Positions 11,132 through 24,234 of a stretch of DNA of 41,347 bases are shown one piece after another (position 1 is the first letter of the stretch; each line of letters opens with the position of its first letter). The translations under genes and the position numbers were made by a program. The DNA comes from Jimgerdemannia flammicorona (lineage: Eukaryota). Below the pieces are notes generated by a model. It had not been told where the DNA came from. It worked only from the letters and a program-made list of their open reading frames with translations, and did not search any database. The stretch spans positions 1 through 41,347 of the forward strand of contig RBNJ01000108.1 of the NCBI GenBank assembly GCA_003990765.1. Direction: 5' to 3'.

Positions 11132-14100
11132 TTATGATTCATGGACTAGAACCTCATGGGTGATCATCATGTTTTGCTTCTCTTGTATAGGTTCATGGTA
11201 CTTCTTGAGTCTGTTCCTATATACTATGGTAGACAGTATGGTCCCTGAGATTTTTCTAAGCCAGAAGATAGTTCCCTTGATATCTTGCACATAGAAGGGT
11301 TCTTTTCATTTGGGCTCCAGTTTTTGCGACCATGAGGCTTCTACCATATTTTGATACAGTAGAACCTTTTCTCCGATTTGGATGAGTTCTAGGGCCTTGT
11401 GATTCTTTTCCGCATTCTTCCTTGTCAGCACTTGTGACTTGGTGATGTAATCTTCAGCCTTCTTCCTGATTTGGTGTAGTCTCCAGATTTCTGCATCAAC
11501 CCATCTTCAAGTTAGGTCTAGATTTGTGGCTGAGGTTCCATCAGAATCTTCTTCTCTGAAGAGCAGCTCTCTTGGGGTAAAATGTGTGCTCTGTGACCAT
11601 ATGTCTTGTAGAACAGAGAGGGCAGTTGGGAGATAGTTATCCCAATTCTCATATGTCTCTGAGATCTTTGCTAGGATGTTCTTGAGGGTCTTGTTGGTTC
11701 TCTCTGTCTGTCCATTTCCTTGAGGGTGGTACACAGTGGTCTTGATGTACTGGATCTTGTATTTCTGATACATTATCTCATGGAATCCATTGACAAATTC
11801 TGTGCCATAGTCTGTTGTAATTTGCTTTGGTGTCTTGTAGTGGCAGATGATTTCTTGGTGTAGGAAGTCGGCTATAGAGAGAGTATTGGCTTCTTGTAAT
11901 GCTCCTGCCTCTATCTATTTGGTGAAGAGGTCTACAATAACTATAATATACAGTTTCCTGATAGTATTACTAGTAGTGGTCCAATGATATCCATTGCAAT
12001 GTGGTGGAAGGAGATAGGCTCAATTATTGATAATCCGGATGCTTGGTCTTGCTGATCTTGTTTCTGTTTTTGGCACTTGTTACACCCTTTGACAAATTGG
12101 CACAGGTCTTCTTCCATCTTGAGCCACCACATGGTTCTTCTTGCCTTGTCGTATGTGTTGGTTCCTTCTAAGTGTCCTTGCTTGTATACTTCCTTCATTA
12201 CTTGATACTTCTTGTGTTCAGGTATTACTAGCTTTCCTCCTTTTCTGAGTGTAGTGTTGTCTAATTCAAACTGTTTCCAAGTCCAGTTGATGATGGTAAT
12301 TGTCCAGGGTTCGAGGTGGTTGGGCATCTTCTGCTGCTCAAGGTAGCTGATTAATCCATAGTATAGCTCCTTATTCATATTGAGTAGTCTTGATGGGGGT
12401 GTTTCGAGGTATCCTTGAGAGTGCATTAGTATTGGTGTTGGTCTTTCCTGAGTGGTGCTTGACAGTACAGTCATACTCTTGCAGCCTGTAGATCCATCTG
12501 GCATATATTCCTTTGGGGTTCAGAGTGTGGAATAGCCAGGCAAGAGTGGAATTGTCTGTTTGAATGGTGAAGTGTTTTCCAGCTAGGTAGTAGTGGAACT
12601 TGTCTACTGCCCAAACTACCACTAAGCATTCAAGCTTGCATGACTTGTAGTTCTGTTCCACTCCATGGGTACCTCAGCTTGCATAGGAGATGACATATTC
12701 ATATCCATCTTTCTTCTGAGCTAGGACTGCTCCAAGTTCTATAGTACTCACATCTGTCTGCAGGATGAATTCTAGGTTCCAGTCTGGTCTTCTGAGGATG
12801 GGTGCTTGGGTCAACCTGGTCTTGAGTTCATTGAAGGTTTCTTGGTACTCCTTGGTCCATTCAAATTTGGTCTCCTTCTTCAGTAGCTCATAGATAGGTG
12901 CTGCAATGTTGGAGTATCCTTTGATGAATCTTCTGTAGTAGCTGGACAGTCCAAGGAAGGTGTGGACTTTGTAGTTGTTCTGGATCTCGGGTAGGCTGCA
13001 ACAGCCTCAATCTTCATGGAGTCTGTGTGGATTCCAGTCTGGTTGATGAGGTGTCCTAGGTAGGCGATTTCTTGAGCTGCAAACTTGCATTTCTTGGGCT
13101 TGATGTAGAGGCCATACTCCTTGAGCCTCTTGAGGGCTAGCTGTATGTGATTGACATGTTCCATACAGTGTTGCTGAAGATGATTACATCATCAACATAG
13201 ACAAAGAGCCATTTTTCAATCTTGTTACTGAAGACTCTGTTCATCATTTGCTGGAAACTTACTGGGGCATTGCATATTCCAAATGGCATTCACAGATAGA
13301 TATAGGTGGCATCAGGTGTAATGAAGGCTGATTTCTCACTGGTATCTTGAGTGAGACTGATCTGATGGAAGCCTGAGAACAGATCCAAGGTGGTGTAGTA
13401 TTTGGCTTTGCTTCCAAGGGTGGTAAGAATTTCTTGAATATTCGGCAAGGGCTGCCTATCCTTCTTGGTGATGGCATTGAGTTTTCTATAGTCAATGCAG
13501 AGTCTTGGTGCAAACTCTCCAGACTTGCTTCCTTTCTTTGGGGCAAGGACAATGGGCTGATAGCTTGCTTGTTGATTCCAGCTTCTTCCATTTCCTTGAG
13601 TTCGGCTTGCAGCCACTCTCTGTAGACAGGTGGTATGGGTCTGGCTTTCTGGTAGATAGGCTTGGTATCACTAGTGTCAGCTTCATGGTAGTACTTGGGT
13701 TCTTGATTGTAGATATCCCTAAAGTCTGTAGCAAGTACCTCTTCATTCTTGTACAGGATCTTGAGAAGTTATTCTTCCAGGAGAAAGTTTTCTCCAATGG
13801 TATATGTGTGCTTGTTCTGGTCCTTATCTTTCTTATGCTCAAGTTCAGTAATCTTGATGGCTGCATAGGCTCCTCTTCCAGTAGATCCAAAGCCTTGTTC
13901 TCCTCTCTTGGTCTTGATAAGTTCAGTGGCTTCTATGATCTTGAGCTTCTTGATTTCATGGATCAGCATCTGGCCAATCCTGTCATACTTCTTGACTTCG
14001 AAGAGGGTGGTGTGGTTGTGATTTCTGACTATGAGAAAAATCTTGCCAGTGTAATCAGGGTCAATTACTCCTCCTTCAACTGAGATTTTGCTTTTGGCCA

Positions 14101-15000
14101 GACTGCTCCTGGTCTTGATAATTCCAGTATGGTTTTCTGGCAACTTGACTCCAATTCCAGTGCCAAGTAGGGTGGTGGTCTGTGGTTCAAGGGTAGCATC
14201 TTGGATGCTGGCAAGGTCCATTCCTATGGCTCCTTCAGTCTTGTATTCTGGGATCTTGGCTTCAGGGTGAAACTTCTTGACCTTGGGGGTGATGTCTGAT
14301 TCTTGTTCCTTCTCATTATCACTGTTAGCTTGAAGCTCTGGGGGCTAGTCATCTTCTTCAGCTTTCCTTTTTGCTTCAGCAGCTTCTTGCTCATGTTTCT
14401 GTTGGCAGATTTTCCTGACTTCACTGATACAGGACCAGTAGTCATTCAGGTGTTCGAAGCAGTACATTCTAGTACCATGGGGGCATCTTCCTTGAGGGGC
14501 ATACTCATCAATGATCTTATTATACCACTGCTCATCTGTGAGCTTGGGTGTCTTATTTTTGTTCTTGTTCACTGAGTGCATGAAGACCTCTGTGTCTTCT
14601 TCATCTCTTTCCTCCATGTCTAGCAGGACTCCTTTGTGGACATTGATAGAAACTCATATCTTTCTTCCTCTATAGTTGATCTGTATCTTCTGGGCATTGA
14701 GGTCAATAATGGCCTTGGCCTTGTGAAGCCATTGGTTGCCAATGAGGATGTCATAGTTAGTGGCACTTATAACAATCACATCTACTAGGATGGTAGCTCC
14801 TTCTATCTTGATGGGTACTTCTTGGATTTTGCCAAGAAGGGTAGCTCATATATCATCTGCTGTGATATATACCATCTTGGTGGACTCTTCAATGTCCCAA
14901 CCTAGGCAGTCAATTGCCTTCTTGCTCATGAGGCATCCTCCAGCACCAGTATCAATGATGGCATCAAAGATACAGTCTTCAATCTGGCAGGGGGTATAGG
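11132..15000 (-). pseudogene. pol: pol of element B: PR, Cys/His module, dUTPase, RT, RNase H, integrase
   Basis: DAIIDTGAGGCL; RLCIDYRKLN; TTLDLFSGFHQI; YVDD near 13190; LECLVVVWAVDKFHYYL; IAMDIIGPL; YHPQGNGQTERTNKTLK. Confidence 0.93.
13870..14290 (-). pseudogene. dut: dUTPase domain between protease and RT of B
   Basis: GMDLAS..TRSSLAKSKISVEGGVIDPDYTGKI..DRIGQML..RGEQGFGSTG. Confidence 0.93.
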
Positions 15001-16466
15001 CTAATATCTTGTACTGGTCTTCAGATTCTTTACCTGAGTTCTCAGATTCTTCTTGTGCATTGTGAGCTTCTATGATCTTATACTCTTGATTCTTAGCAGT
15101 AGTTGCAAGTCCTACTCTCAACTGCTGTCTGAAGGCAGGGACTTCAGCTAGCTGCCCAAAAGTGGCATTGACCTTCTGTTTCTTGAAGTCCTTGTAGATG
15201 TCATACTGGTGGATCTTGGTCTTGCACAGCTTCTGTTCCTTCTTGCTCTTGCTTTCTCCTGAGACTAGAGTAGTGCCTTTGATAATTTGGCAGGCAGCTT
15301 CATCTAACTCCATATCTTGATCAATCTCCTCAGATTGGGTCTTACTTTGAATAGTAATAGCTGGAGTCTTCTTTGGTCTTCCAACTGGCTTGCTGTTGCT
15401 CTTCTTGTCATAGGGCTTGGACTGGGTTCTGGTACCTTCAGTAGTAGGGTAGAATTCGAGCTCCTCATAGTATTCTTCATCATCAGTGTCACTGATCTCC
15501 TCGATGACTACTGTATTGGTTTGTTCTCTGGTTCTGCTAGCATTGCTTGATTGGGCTTTACATCTCATTTTGGTCATGCAACTCTTTGCATAGTAGCCTT
15601 CTTCTCTACATCTGAAGCATGTGATATTGTATTCTTCTGTAGTAGCTACAAATCTCTACACTGGTCTCCTGTTGGCACTTTGGGCTTCTCTAACAACATC
15701 ACCAAGGTGTGCAGTCATCTTGGTGAACTGCTTGGCAAGTTCTTCCACTGGGTTAGCTTTGGCTATCTTGGGAGTAGGTGGGATTAGTTGTCTGTTTACA
15801 ACTGTGGCAGGTAAGATACTAGTTGACTTTGATGGCTCTATCTTGATGCTAGTTATTTTCTCCATTGAGTGTTTGGCAGAGTGTCTGGCAGTCCAATATC
15901 TCTGTGCAAAGACCACTTTCTGATCAAGGGTCAGTGCAGCTGGGGTAGACTGGATTGCTAGGGCAATTTCAGAGTGAACTCCTTTGAGGAAGATTGAATT
16001 CCAAGACAATCTGGTGGCAGATTTGGATATAGAATGAGTTGGGATCTTCACTAAGTCCCTGACAGATAGTATTGAGTTGATCCTTAAGAGCTTGCTTGAT
16101 CTCTTCAGTATAATATGTTGTTCTGAGGAAGGTCTTTATGTTGGTAAGTTTGACTGCATCAGCACCAGTAATAATGGCTGCATTAAACTTATCTCTGGCA
16201 GGCTCTCTGAGGCTAACTGATAGAAGGGCCAATTGAGCATCCACACCAAGGGCTCATATGGTGGTGAATTGTTCAAAGTCTTCAATAAAGATCAGGATTG
16301 ACTCTTCAGTAGTATATCCATAGAATGTGGGGGAATGCATTTCTATCTTATCTTGAATTCTTGCAGAGATGACTTTTGTAGTCAGGGTAGTTATTGTGGG
16401 GGTTGTTCATTTTTCAGCTTGAAAGTGAGGGATTCATCTTGAATCACCAGCCAATGGGCACCAAGT
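15001..16466 (-). pseudogene. gag: gag of element B
   Basis: Homologous to gag of C (KQALKDQLNTICQGLSEDPNSFY, KGVHSEIALAI, NPVEELAKQFTKMTAHLGD); degenerate zinc knuckle near 15590-15625. Confidence 0.85.
16451..16463 (-). promoter_or_regulatory. Primer binding site of B (TGGTGCCCATTGG)
   Basis: Begins with TGG 3 nt after the LTR end; the same motif follows the 5' LTR of C; cognate tRNA not identified. Confidence 0.75.
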
Positions 16467-17989
16467 TGTCACATAGTAGTCGCTGAGTCCTTCAAATATG
16501 CCAGATTCTCTTCAAGATATATCTCTTAGACTAACTCAAGTTTGTTATAAGCAAGTTCTTATTGGAGTGCCTTCTCAAGGTCTTATAGTCCTCAAACTTC
16601 TTATCTTTAACTGTTTTGTTATCTCTTAGATTGCTTGCAAGGAAGTGTATATAAGTGAAACCAGAACTTGACTGACTTTATTTCAGAGGAAATAAGAGGG
16701 GTATTTATACAAAATACAATTCAATGATTACTAAGATATAAAGCTAAATATAAATTCCAATAACTAAAACTACTAAGTTCCAGAGTTGGTACTGATGGTT
16801 GTACAGGTTCAGGATACTGGCATTATTTAGTGTTACATCAAAATGCCAGTGCTGGAACAATTTCATATCACCTTAGAATACTGGTGCTGGCATTATCCAG
16901 TATAATATAGAACTTAGAGCAGAAAGTTCAGGACCATAGAAGCTTCATCCTCATCATTATCATCACTGAAGGAGATGAGATCCACAAATTTGTCATTTTT
17001 GTATGCTTCATTATATGTCTCGCATATGTCGATATTATGCAGGATGACGTCATCACCAATGACATCATCACATTCGGCTGTGGCAGGAAAATTGGGAACA
17101 AGATCTGGAGCTCTCCAGTCTATGAGGTTCTCTTCCACAAAATAGGGAACAAATGTGGGGTCTTGGGGAGGTCTAACCTGGATGCTTGGGCCTTGGAATA
17201 CTGAGATTAATCCTTGCCGGAATTGGTCTGAGTTGTCCTGAAGGATAAGGTGCCAGAAGTCTTCTACTTCTTCACTGTTGAGGGTGATAGTAGACCAGGC
17301 TTCTGTAGCTACCCTGGCTTCTAGTGCATTGATATGGCAGGATGATAGGTCTCTAAAGTCTGAGACTCTAACATACTCCAAGTTGGGGATTGACTATGGT
17401 GCATGCCTGAAGATCTGATGGATCTTCTTAGCTATCCTTGTTTCACATATATCTATGGGAGTGGCATCTTGTAACTCTTGGGTGCTGGCTTGTGGGAACT
17501 CCCGGCAGAGGAGGTTTCCTATTTCATACTCCTGCTATATTTGAAGGCATTTGGTAGCAATAGTGATCCTTGTTTCCATTTCATGGTGGTAGAGAATAAA
17601 GTGATAAGGGTCTGTAGTACCCAGGTTGACTCTAGGAGTCCTTCTTGAGTGGGTCCTCATGGCTCTTCTGATGTCTTGGAACATTCTTTCCTCAACCGAG
17701 ATACCTTGGTGATTCCTTGACCTTGAGGTTTGGCAGGCAGCAGACATTTCATTTATGGTAAGTCTTTGAGCTATTTTGGGATTGATGGTTCTTGTTGATT
17801 GCTGCTACTGTGGTTCCTTGATCCTTCTTTTATATTCTTCAAGATACTTGTGCTATAGTCACAATGACTCATAGTTGGTCATCATTGCTCATCTCATATG
17901 CTGTATGATCTTCTTATGCTCCGATCTGGTGGCTTGCAAGAAAAGGCTGTCTCTGGTACTGATGTCATCATTCTGAGATCACTGTTACA
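16467..17989 (-). repeat. 5' LTR of element B (~1.52 kb) containing an ORF3 copy at 16914-17747
   Basis: TGT...ACA termini; matches the other B LTRs. Confidence 0.93.
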
Positions 17990-19112
17990 ATATCTATGAA
18001 TATAATTTCATTAGTATAGTATTAAATATATATATAGTTATTTACTTTATAATATATGAAGCTATTGTCAAAAAGATATTTATTAATTTTTCTATTCTAT
18101 AAATAGACTGCTTACTTAATATTATATAATCTCTTATATAGTTTATATACTAGATCATTATTCTGGTTATTATATCCTTATGACTAACAAATATATAACT
18201 CTGTATTATATTACTATTGAGAAAAATTATCTTTATATTCATCTGATAGATTTTCAGATTATGTATAGTTCTGATTATAAGAAGTATTCTTAGTAAAGTA
18301 AGCTTAAATATTAGTAAAAATATCTCATTATGATCTATATTATAATCTTGTAAATAACTCTTAGTAACAAAATGAGCTTTAAATTACTCTATACTTCTAT
18401 TGCTCTTGTATTTAATTTTATAGACCCAATGTAATCCTATGGCTTATCAATTGATCAGAAGAGATATTAGATCTCATATACTATTTTTAATGAGTAAATT
18501 AAACTTTTTATTTATTACTTACTTCTATCTCTTATTATTAGGAGATATTATTACTTTATTGTATATGCTTAGCTTATTGAAAGTTATAATAAATATACAT
18601 TTATATATCTTGGTATAACTTATATACTTTTTATATTATTATCTAAGATTTACTGATATATCCTAATAATTTTCTAATTTGGAATAAGACTCATTCTTGA
18701 GTTTATACTTTGGCTTTTTCTTCTTTTTAATAGATCTCTCATTATTATTAAAAGTCTTATCATCCTTGATCTCTATTATTCTTAGCTCAGGTAACTCTAG
18801 TTTAGATATACATATATATATAGTAGTTAAAAATAATTTTGCTTTATCAGAGAGATTGGCACCAGTTACTATATTTGTATTAACTAAGATTTAGAGATTA
18901 CTATTGATATATCTATATAAATCTCTTTATTATTTTCTTTTTTATTGAATAGTACATCTTATGAGATTATTATATAATATTTATATAGATTTCAGAGTTA
19001 ATATACTTTACTAGAATACTAAAGAAATATATACTTATCAGTTTTCAGCTCAAACTTATACTAATTAGTATTACTCTTATTAAGAATATATATATTATAT
19101 CTGAATATATAT
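17990..19112 (-). pseudogene. Extremely decayed Ty1/copia relic (post-integrase SH3-like region and RT N-terminus)
   Basis: Minus-strand manual translation GLHWVYKIKYKSNRSIE*FKAHFVTKSYLQDYNIDHNEIF...IYQMNIKIIFLNS..LVYKLYKRLYNIK matches copia RT consensus (KWVYKIK..GSIERFKARLVAKGY..QMDVKTAFLNG); YKFELKTDKYIFL*YS near 19040. Confidence 0.8.
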
Positions 19113-20636
19113 TGTCATGTAGTGGTTGCTGAGTCCTTCAAATATATCAGATTCTCTTCAAGGTGTATCTCTTAGACTAACTCAAGTTTGTTATAAGCAA
19201 GTTCTTATTAGAGTACCTTCTCAAGGTCTTATAGTCCTCAAACTTCTTATCTTTAAACTATCTTGTTATTTCTTAGATTGCTTGCAAGGAAGTGTGTGTA
19301 TTATACTAAGAAGAACTGACTTTATTTCAGAAGAAATAAGAGGGGTATTTATACAAAATATAATTCAATGGTTGTTAAGATATAAAGCTAAATATAAATT
19401 CCAATAACTAAAACTACTAAGTTCCAGAGTCGGTACTGATGGTTGTATAGGTTCAGGATGCTGGCATTATTTAGTATTACATCAAAATACCAGTGCTGGC
19501 ATTATCCAGTATTATATAAGAATACTGGTGCTGACATTATCCAGTATAACAAAGAACTTAGAGCAGAAAGTTCAGAACTATGGGGGCTTCATCATTATCA
19601 TCATCACTGAAGGAGATGAGATCTACAAATTCATCATGCAGATCACGTGTTTTATGTACTTCATGTGCTTTGGGTATGTCATGTGGGATGATGTCATCAC
19701 CGATAATATCATCACATTCGGCTATGGTGGGGAAATCAGGAACAAGGAGATCTGGAGCTCTCCAGTCTATGAGGTTCTCTTCCACAAAATAGGGAACAAA
19801 TGTGGAGTCTTGGGGAGATCTAATCTGGATGCTTGGGCCTTGGAATACTGAGATCAATTCTTGCAGGAATTGATCTGAGTTGTCCTGGAGGATAGGATGC
19901 CAGAAGTCTTCTACTTCTTTGCTATTGAGAGTGATGGTGGACTGGGTTTCTGTAGCCACCCTGGCTTCTAGTGCATTGATACAGTGGGATGATAGGTCTC
20001 TGAAGTCTGAGACTCTAACATACTCCAAGTTGGGGATCAACTATAGTGCATGCCTGAAGATCTGATGGATCTTCTTAGCTGTCCTCATTTCACGTATATC
20101 TATAGAAGTGGCATCTTATAGCTCTTGGGTGCTGGCCTGTGGGAATTCCTGGCAGAGGAGGTTTCCTATTTCGTACTCCTGCCACATTTGGAGGTATTCA
20201 GTAGCAATAGTGATTCTTGTTTCCATTTTGCGACAGTAGAGAATGAAGTGATAAGGGTCTGCAGTACCCAGGTTAACACTAGGAGTCCTTCTTGAGCAGG
20301 TCTCCATGGCTCTTCTAATGTCTTGGAATATTCTTTCCTTGACTGAGATACCTTGGTGATTTCTTGATCTTGAGGTTTGGTGGGCAGCAGGCATTTTGTT
20401 TATGATAAGTCTTTGAGCTATTTTGGGATTGGTAGTTCTTATTGGTTGCTGCTACTGCAGTTCCTTGATCCTTCTTTTATATTCTTCAGAATGCTTGTAC
20501 TGTAGTCACAATGACTCACAGTTGGTCATCATTGCTCATCTCATATGCTGTATGATCTTCTTGTGCTCTGATCTGGTGGCTTGTAAGGAAAGACTGTCTT
20601 CTATGCTGATGTCATTATTCTGGGGTCACCATTACA
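19113..20636 (-). repeat. Solo LTR of family B with ORF3 copy (19558-20394), flanked by ATAT
   Basis: TGT...ACA termini, no internal domain, ATAT on both sides, copia relic continues across it. Confidence 0.92.
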
Positions 20637-21017
20637 ATATAGATATAATATATTGAGCTTAGCTCTAGTTCATAATTTCTCAGAGGTTAGATCATTATCT
20701 CTAAAATGCTTATTATTGCTAGATTCTTTACTTAATACTTAAGATATATATTAATCATTATATATACTATTTCTACAATTATATAGTAAATTGCTCAGCC
20801 ATATCATTCTGCTGTAGTATATATAGTGCTATTGTCTGATAGTATATATAATGTTTCCTCAGATACTGCTTAAATATACTATTGATATATATATATATTT
20901 ATATTCATTATCTGATATATAATATATATTCTATATTTTATTTCATTCTTTATAATTACTTTAAACTCTTTAAATTTCTCTAAGGTCTTACTTTTTGTCA
21001 TTAAGAAGTATATATAT
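20637..21017 (-). pseudogene. Decayed Ty1/copia integrase core (same relic as 17990-19112)
   Basis: IYFLMTKSKTLEKFKEFKVIIKNE...DNEYKY...FKQYLRKHYIYYQTIALYILQQNDMAEQF matches copia IN consensus (SDNGGEY..TAPYTPQQNGVAER). Confidence 0.8.
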
Positions 21018-22093
21018 TATAATAGTGACCTCAGAATAATGACATTATCACAGAAGACAGTCTTTTCTTAAAAGCCACCAAATTGAAGTATAAGAAGATC
21101 ATATGGTATGACTCACCTAGGCTACAAGATGAGCAATGATGACTAACTATAAGTCATTGTAATCACAAGACAGATATCTCAAGAAATATAAAAGAAGGAT
21201 CAAGAAATCACAGTAGTAGTAACCCAAACAAGGCTTACAGAAATAGTTCAAAAGACTTATTACAAATAAATGCCTGCCACTTGCCAAATCTCAAGGTCTA
21301 GGAACTACCAAGAATCCTCAGTTTAGTAAAGGATATTCCAAGACATTAGAAGAGCCATAAGAACCCACATAAGAAGGACTCCTAGCCTCAACCTGGGTAC
21401 TAGTAACCCTTATCATTATATCCTCTACTGCTATAAAATAGAAATAAGGATCACTATTGCTACTGAATATCTCTGAATATAGTAGGAATATGAAATAGAA
21501 AACCTCCTCTATCAGGAATTCCCTCAGACTAGTCTCCTATAGATATATGTATATATGAAATAAGGACAGCTAAGAAGATTCATCAGATCTTTAGGTATAT
21601 ACTATAGTCAATCTTCAACTTAGAGTATACTAGAATCTCAGACTTCAAGAAACTATCAGCCCATCATATCAATATACTAGAGGCCATAGTGGCTACAGAA
21701 GCTCAGTTTACTATTACTCTCAATCATGATAAAGTAGAAGAGTTCTGGAATCCCATCCTCTAGAACAATCCAGATCAATTCCTATAAGGATTGATCTCAG
21801 CATTCCAAGGCTCCAGTATCCAGGTTAGACCTCTCCAAGACTCCACATTTGTTCCTTATTTTGTAAAAGAGAATGTCATAGATTGGAGAGCCCCTGCTGC
21901 TACCAAATGAGTTGACATCACCTGCAATGACATTATCAGTAATGATATTATCCTGCTAATTGATGATATATAAGAAGCATGTGAAATATATGATATATGT
22001 GAAATAAACAAAATGTTCACTGATCTCATCTCTTTCAAAGACATCCTGTCTCCAACCTCTAGCCTTGATGATAGTAATGAAGATAAAGCCCCC
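21018..22093 (+). repeat. Older, more mutated B-family LTR in opposite orientation, cut by the LINE; ORF3 relic from ATG 21270
   Basis: Reverse-complement similarity to 19580-20636 (tataatagtgacc = tgtaatggtgacc; MPATCQISRSRNYQ); similarity stops at ~22093. Confidence 0.88.
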
Positions 22094-22176
22094 GCATCTC
22101 TTTCCAGTACCATTCAGGTTACATAACCTTTGGAAGGCACTTTTGACATCATTTTCAGCAAAAAGAGACTAACAAC

Positions 22177-24201
22177 ATGGCAACCAACAGACAACCTGAG
22201 GTGCATACTGGGCAGGGTGGCCCTAGCGCTTTCAACTGGCAGCAGGTGGGGAGGAGGCCAGGCCTAGGGGGCAGTATGAGGGGCCTGCTGGCAGGTGGAC
22301 ATGGAAGGGGTAGAGGAGGTGGTGGAGGATCAGGATCTGGGAGGGCAAGCTTTGCGGAGATGGTGAAGGGGAGGCAGCAGGCATCGGGGCTGGAGGGCTG
22401 GCTGAAGAAGGGCAAGAAGACCGAGAAGGAGATGGTGCTGGGGGGTGCGGCCCTTGGAAGGGGGGGCAGTGGAGCTGCGGGAGTAGTGGCTGGGGGGGGT
22501 GTGACTGCTGATAGTATTGGGACTGTCGATCTGGAAAAAAATCCAGATATGATGGCTGATGGCGAGGCTGAGTGGCTGAGGCTTAGAAGGCAAGGGGACT
22601 TGGCAGATGGTGTAACAGGTCTGGCAGTGGCTCCGTTACTCAAGAAATCGATTTCAGCATTTGCGGTCACACTATGCTTCCAGGGCCTGGCAGTGATGGC
22701 GAAAATGGTACTAGGGCTCATCGCTAAGCAGATGGCAGGTACAGCATCTGTGAAGTTTTTGAAGAGACTGGAAGGAGTGGAGGTGGGTTTTGAGGAAGTG
22801 GTACCACTGGAGGAGGCACTGAAGGTTGGATTGGTAGTTGGGGAGATATGTATTCCTATGGCGCGGTGCTTGAAGTGGGACCCCAGGGTGGTCCAACTGC
22901 TGGTGAAGGAAGTGCCGATGGTGACAGCAATGGAGATAAGAAAGAGGGTTGAGGATTTCATGGCGGAATATAGTAAGGTGGTCAATATCGGGTTCAGGGT
23001 CTGGGAAGGGACCTCACTCAGGACTAGTGATGTGGATGTGAGGATTCAGCTGGCTGGGAAGGAAGCCACTGGGAAGGCAAGGGATTGGCCTTCAGCGATG
23101 GTCTGGGGAGCGATCCTGTATAAGGTGACAAGGGTGAAGGGGAGTAAGAAAGAGGAGGAGGATTTACTGGAAGCACTCGAAGAGCTTGGGGGGGCTGTGG
23201 AGAGGTGAGCGAAGGCTTGGGAGGCTTTTGAAGAGGCAATACACTTGGAGGTGATGGATGGAAAGCAGATTCGAGTAACCAAGGAGCAGTGGGAAAGGGC
23301 TCAGGGGCGTAAGAGGTAGAAGGAGTTGTTGGCCAAGCTGGATAGTGGACCACTGGGGGAGGCGAGCAAGGTGAAGGGCACAGAGGGAGCTGGAGTGAGT
23401 GTCTGGGCCCGCAAGGGGGAGGGGAAGGACAAGAAGGAGGCGTGGGAGGACAAGAAGAAGGTGGGGAAGAACCTGTATGCGGATGGTACACTGGAGGTGT
23501 GGGAGGAGGACTGGGTGGGTTCCCCTACCCCTACCCCTCTCATCAGGCATAGCCTGGCTTCCCAGAATAGGGTGGTGGAAGATGTGCCAATGTGAGGGGC
23601 CCAGTGAGTACAATTCGGAGTTCCAGAGATGGCATATGGGGGATAGGTGGAGGTGGATGGCGAGGAAGAACTGGTGGATATCCTGGAAGTATGGGATGAG
23701 TCTGCAAGTGCTGGAGCTGACACCACAATGTTGGATGGAGGGAGGCCAGTGACTCCGAGGAGGAAAGAGGTGGGGAACTTGCTTTGGATGTGCTGGATGA
23801 TGAATAACCTGGCGGCGGAAGAGTTGGGGGAAGTGGACTTGCGAGTGATGAGTGATGAGCATTGGGTGGGAATACTGCAGGGAGATGGCGTGATGAAGGC
23901 ATTGAAGGCGGAAATTCTTGCGGTATACCTGGAGGAGGAAGGATATGAGGTGGATAAGGAGAGAGAGGAGGAGATGGTGGTTGTTGCTGGAGAAAGGGCT
24001 GAATACTGCTGGAACAAGCAACATGGACTACAGCTCTGGCAGAAAGTATGCATCGAATACCGAGAGGAGTTTGAGGAGAAGGCCGATGGTGAGATGAATG
24101 AACTACTGGCTGGATTGGAGGCTCAGAGGGCTGAAGAGGAGGAGGTGGCTGTGGAACATAATTTGGACAGGGCACAGGAGGAGATGAGCATGGAGCAGTA
24201 G
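22177..24201 (+). pseudogene. LINE ORF1 (~675 codons with a few in-frame stops)
   Basis: ORFs 22177-23208, 23326-23595 and 23647-24201 share one frame; Gly/Arg-rich N-terminus with SFAEMVK; position upstream of APE. Confidence 0.75.
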
Positions 24202-24234
24202 AGGCAGATTGACAACATCACATATATCATCAAT

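Larger units (their letters stand above)
9271..17989 (-). mobile_element. Element B: non-chromodomain Ty3/gypsy LTR retrotransposon with dUTPase, inactivated
   Basis: LTRs 9271-10818 and 16467-17989; PBS 16451-16463; PPT 10819-10828 (aggaggaaga on minus); gag-PR(IIDTGAG)-dUTPase-RT(YVDD)-RNaseH-IN. Confidence 0.95.

Noticed and set aside
13505-15923. Hydrophobic plus-strand ORFs resembling membrane proteins (likewise 35360-35989 minus)
   Set aside because: Antisense to A-rich gag/pol; Leu/Phe richness is compositional
17990-19112. Organellar insertion or centromeric AT-rich DNA
   Set aside because: Copia RT and integrase motifs are recoverable, so it is a decayed TE
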